A stretch of DNA of 64,000 nucleotides from the NCBI RefSeq assembly GCF_032444005.1, contig NC_091288.1, positions 18,042,001 to 18,106,000 on the forward strand, in the 5' to 3' direction. The notes under the pieces were generated by a model. The model did not search any database. It worked only from the letters and a program-made list of their open reading frames with translations, and was not told where the DNA came from. Below, one piece after another: positions 62,260 through 64,000 of this stretch. The first letter of the stretch is position 1. Each line of letters starts with the position of its first letter. The translations under genes and the position numbers were made by a program. The DNA is from Ranitomeya imitator. Its lineage: Eukaryota.

Positions 62260-64000
62260 CCTCTTACCTCATCACCACAGTTCTCTAGTATTAGATCAGA
62301 TAGACAGGGTAGATAGCAGTGTGAGCAGCCTCTTCTTACCTCAGCATCTCCAATATCTCTAGTATTATACCAGATAGGGTAGACAGCAGTGTGAGCAGCC
62401 TCTTCTTACCTCAGCACACCTGGTATCTCCAGTATTAGATCAGTTAGGGTGGACAGCAGTGTGAGCAGCCTCTTACCTCAGCACCCCTGGTATATCCAGT
62501 TTTGGATCAGATAGACAGGGTGGACAGCAGTGTGAGCAGCCTCTTCTTACTTCAGCACCCCTGGTATCTCCAGTATTAGATCAGATAGATAGGGTGGACA
62601 GCAGTGTGAGCAGCCTCTTCTTACTTCAGCACCCCTGGTATCTTCAGTATTAGATCAGATAGACAGGGTGGACAGCAGTGTGAGCAGCCTCTTCTTATTT
62701 CAGCACCCCTGGTATATCCAGTATTAGATCAGATACAGGGTGGACAGCAGTGTGAGCAGCCTCTTCTTACCTCAGCACCCCTGGTATATCCAGTATTAAA
62801 TCAGATAGACAGGGTGGACAGCAGTGTGAGCAGTCTCTTCTTACCTCAGCACCCCCGCTACCTCCAGTATTAGATCAGATAGACAGGGTGGACAGCAGTG
62901 TGAGCAGCCTCTTCTTACCTCAGCACACCTGGTACCTCCAGTATTACATCAGATAGGGTGGACAGTAGTGTGAGCAGCCTCTTCTTACCTCAGCACCTCT
63001 GCTACCTCCAGTATTAGATCAGATAGGGTGGACAGCAGTGTGAGCAGCCTCTTCTTACCTCAGCAACCCTGCAACCTCCAGTATTAGATCAGATAGACAG
63101 GGTGGACAGCAGTGTGAGCAGCCTCTTCTTACCTCAGCACCTCTGGTACCTCCAGTATTAGATCAGATAGACAGGGTGGACAGCAGTGTGAGCAGCCTCA
63201 TCTTACCTCAGCACCCCCGCTACCACCAGTATTAGATCAGATAGGGTGGACAGCAGTGTGAGCAGCCTCTTCTTACCTCAGCACCTCTGGTACCTCCAGT
63301 ATTAGATCAGATAGACAGGGTGGACAGCTGGGTGAGCAGCCTCTTCTTACCTCAGCACTCCTGATATCTCTAGTATTAGATCAGATAGACAGGGTGGACA
63401 GCAGTGTGAGCAGCCTCTTCTTACCTCAGCACCCCTGCTACCTCCAGTATTAGATCAGATAGACAGGGTGGACAGTGGTGTGAGCAGCCTCTTACCTCAG
63501 TACTCCTATTATCTCTAGTATTATATCAGTTAGGGTGGACAGCAGTGTGAGCAGCCTCTTCTTACCTCAGCATCCCTGCTACCTCCAGTATTTGATCAGA
63601 CAGACAGGGTGGACAGCAGTGTGAGCAGCCTCTTCTTACCTCAGCACCTCTGGTACCTCCAGTATTAGATCAGATAGACAGAGAGGACAGCAGTGTGAGC
63701 AGCCTCTTCTTACCTCAGCACTCCTGATATCTCTAGTATTAGATCAGATAGACAGGGTGGACAGCAGTGTGAGCAGCCTCTTCTTACCTCAGCATCCCTG
63801 CTACCTCCAGTATTAGCTCAGATAAACAGCGTGGACAGTGGTGTGAGCAGCCTCTTCGTACCTCAGCATCCCTGCTACCTCCAGTATTAGCTCAGATAAA
63901 CAGCGTGGACAGCAGTGTGAGCAGCCTCTTCTTACCTCAGCATCCCTGCTACCTCCAGTATTAGATCAGATAGACAGGGTGGACAGTGGTGTGAGCAGCC
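62260..64000. repeat. 70/74-bp tandem satellite, running off the window
   Basis: Unit gggtggacagcagtgtgagcagcctcttcttacctcagcacccctggtatctccagtattagatcagata(gaca); period 74 (62518 to 62592). Confidence 0.93.

Noticed and set aside
61750-62260. Possible terminal exon of dars1
   Set aside because: No AspRS C-terminal peptide (e.g. FPRDP) found on either strand.

Overview
Vertebrate genomic DNA, almost certainly anuran (zygotic-type mcm6 N-terminus; Tc1, T2/Kolobok, Harbinger, piggyBac and L2/CR1 repeats). All three genes are on the minus strand, in the mammalian MCM6 -> LCT order. (1) mcm6 is complete: 17 exons, 43453-59295, 820 aa. (2) A proximal lactase-phlorizin hydrolase paralog, here lct-B, has 17 exons at 18715-39842 and a 1-nt frameshift at the end of exon 8. 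(3) A second paralog, lct-A, has exons 1-7 at 11018 down to <1 and continues beyond the window. All exon boundaries were read by hand from GT/AG sites, and splice phases are consistent throughout. Highlights: the two lactase copies are only about 26-50% identical in protein over exons 1-5 but about 98-99.6% identical in DNA over exons 6-7, which points to gene conversion or a chimeric origin. Domain III of lct-B has Gln in place of the acid/base Glu. Oppositely oriented arrays of one 35-bp minisatellite bracket exons 13-15 of lct-B. Several introns contain multi-layer nested transposons. Counts and identities are manual and should be confirmed by alignment. The long ORFs inside the 16.6-18.5 kb and 59.8-60.6 kb tandem repeats are artefacts.
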